DNA of 64,000 bases. Source: Octopus sinensis (taxonomy: Eukaryota). The stretch spans positions 10,106,001-10,170,000 of the forward strand of contig NC_042998.1 in NCBI RefSeq assembly GCF_006345805.1, read 5' to 3'. Every line of letters begins with the position of its first letter. Within the stretch, counting starts at the first letter, position 1. A program made the position numbers and the translations under genes. This document shows positions 63,812 through 64,000 of this stretch, piece by piece. The notes below the pieces were generated by a model. It did not search any database, was not told the origin of the DNA, and saw only the letters and a program-made list of their open reading frames with translations.

Positions 63812-64000
63812 TTTACTTGTTTCAGTCGACTGCGGCCATGCTGGAGCCCCGCTTTTAGCCGAACAAATCGATCCCAGTACTTATTCGGACGCTTTTGCCG
63901 AACGGCTAAGTTACGGGGACGTAAGCACACCAGCATGGGTAGCCAAGCGACGGTGGAGGAACAAGCACAGTCACACACACGCAAATATATACATATAAAG
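63812..64000 (-). mobile_element. SINE family C, diverged 3' part running off the window
   Basis: tacttgtttcagtc..gactgcggccatgctggag...ggggacgtaagcacaccagcat. Confidence 0.75.

Noticed and set aside
58290-64000. First coding exon of the SULT gene (expected to end ...PK(S/A)G at a phase-1 donor)
   Set aside because: A manual scan found no such exon. YPKEE at about 63500 lacks the motif and a donor. The exon probably lies beyond the window.

Overview
AT-rich, intron-rich eukaryotic genomic DNA. The SINE families and very long microsatellites look like octopus (coleoid cephalopod) DNA; the taxon is an inference. Two protein-coding genes can be assembled by hand from GT-AG sites with matching phases. 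(1) A + strand gene with exons 3782-4148, 8815-9490 (or -9388) and 9925-10525, giving about 510-550 aa. It has a low-complexity N-terminus and a C-terminal domain resembling the RRM-type region of L1/Tx1 retrotransposon ORF1 proteins, so it is a candidate domesticated gene. (2) A - strand cytosolic sulfotransferase (SULT) with four exons (57940-57623, 40654-40557, 39371-39206, 38223-38111) and a 17-kb intron; its first coding exon was not found and probably lies beyond 64000. A decayed carbohydrate-sulfotransferase-like pseudogene probably lies tail-to-tail with it at about 36460-37400. The rest is mostly mobile DNA: three tRNA-type SINE families (labelled A, B, C here), non-autonomous Helitrons, Tc1/mariner, hAT and piggyBac-type elements, and Penelope, RTE and L1-like fragments. 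The most unusual structures are SINE-A concatemers of 2-4 units under a single target-site duplication (TSD), a fold-back SINE palindrome in the SULT intron, a 5'-extended chimeric SINE insertion and an inverted Penelope complex. All alignments, translations and identities were done by eye; no database search was run.
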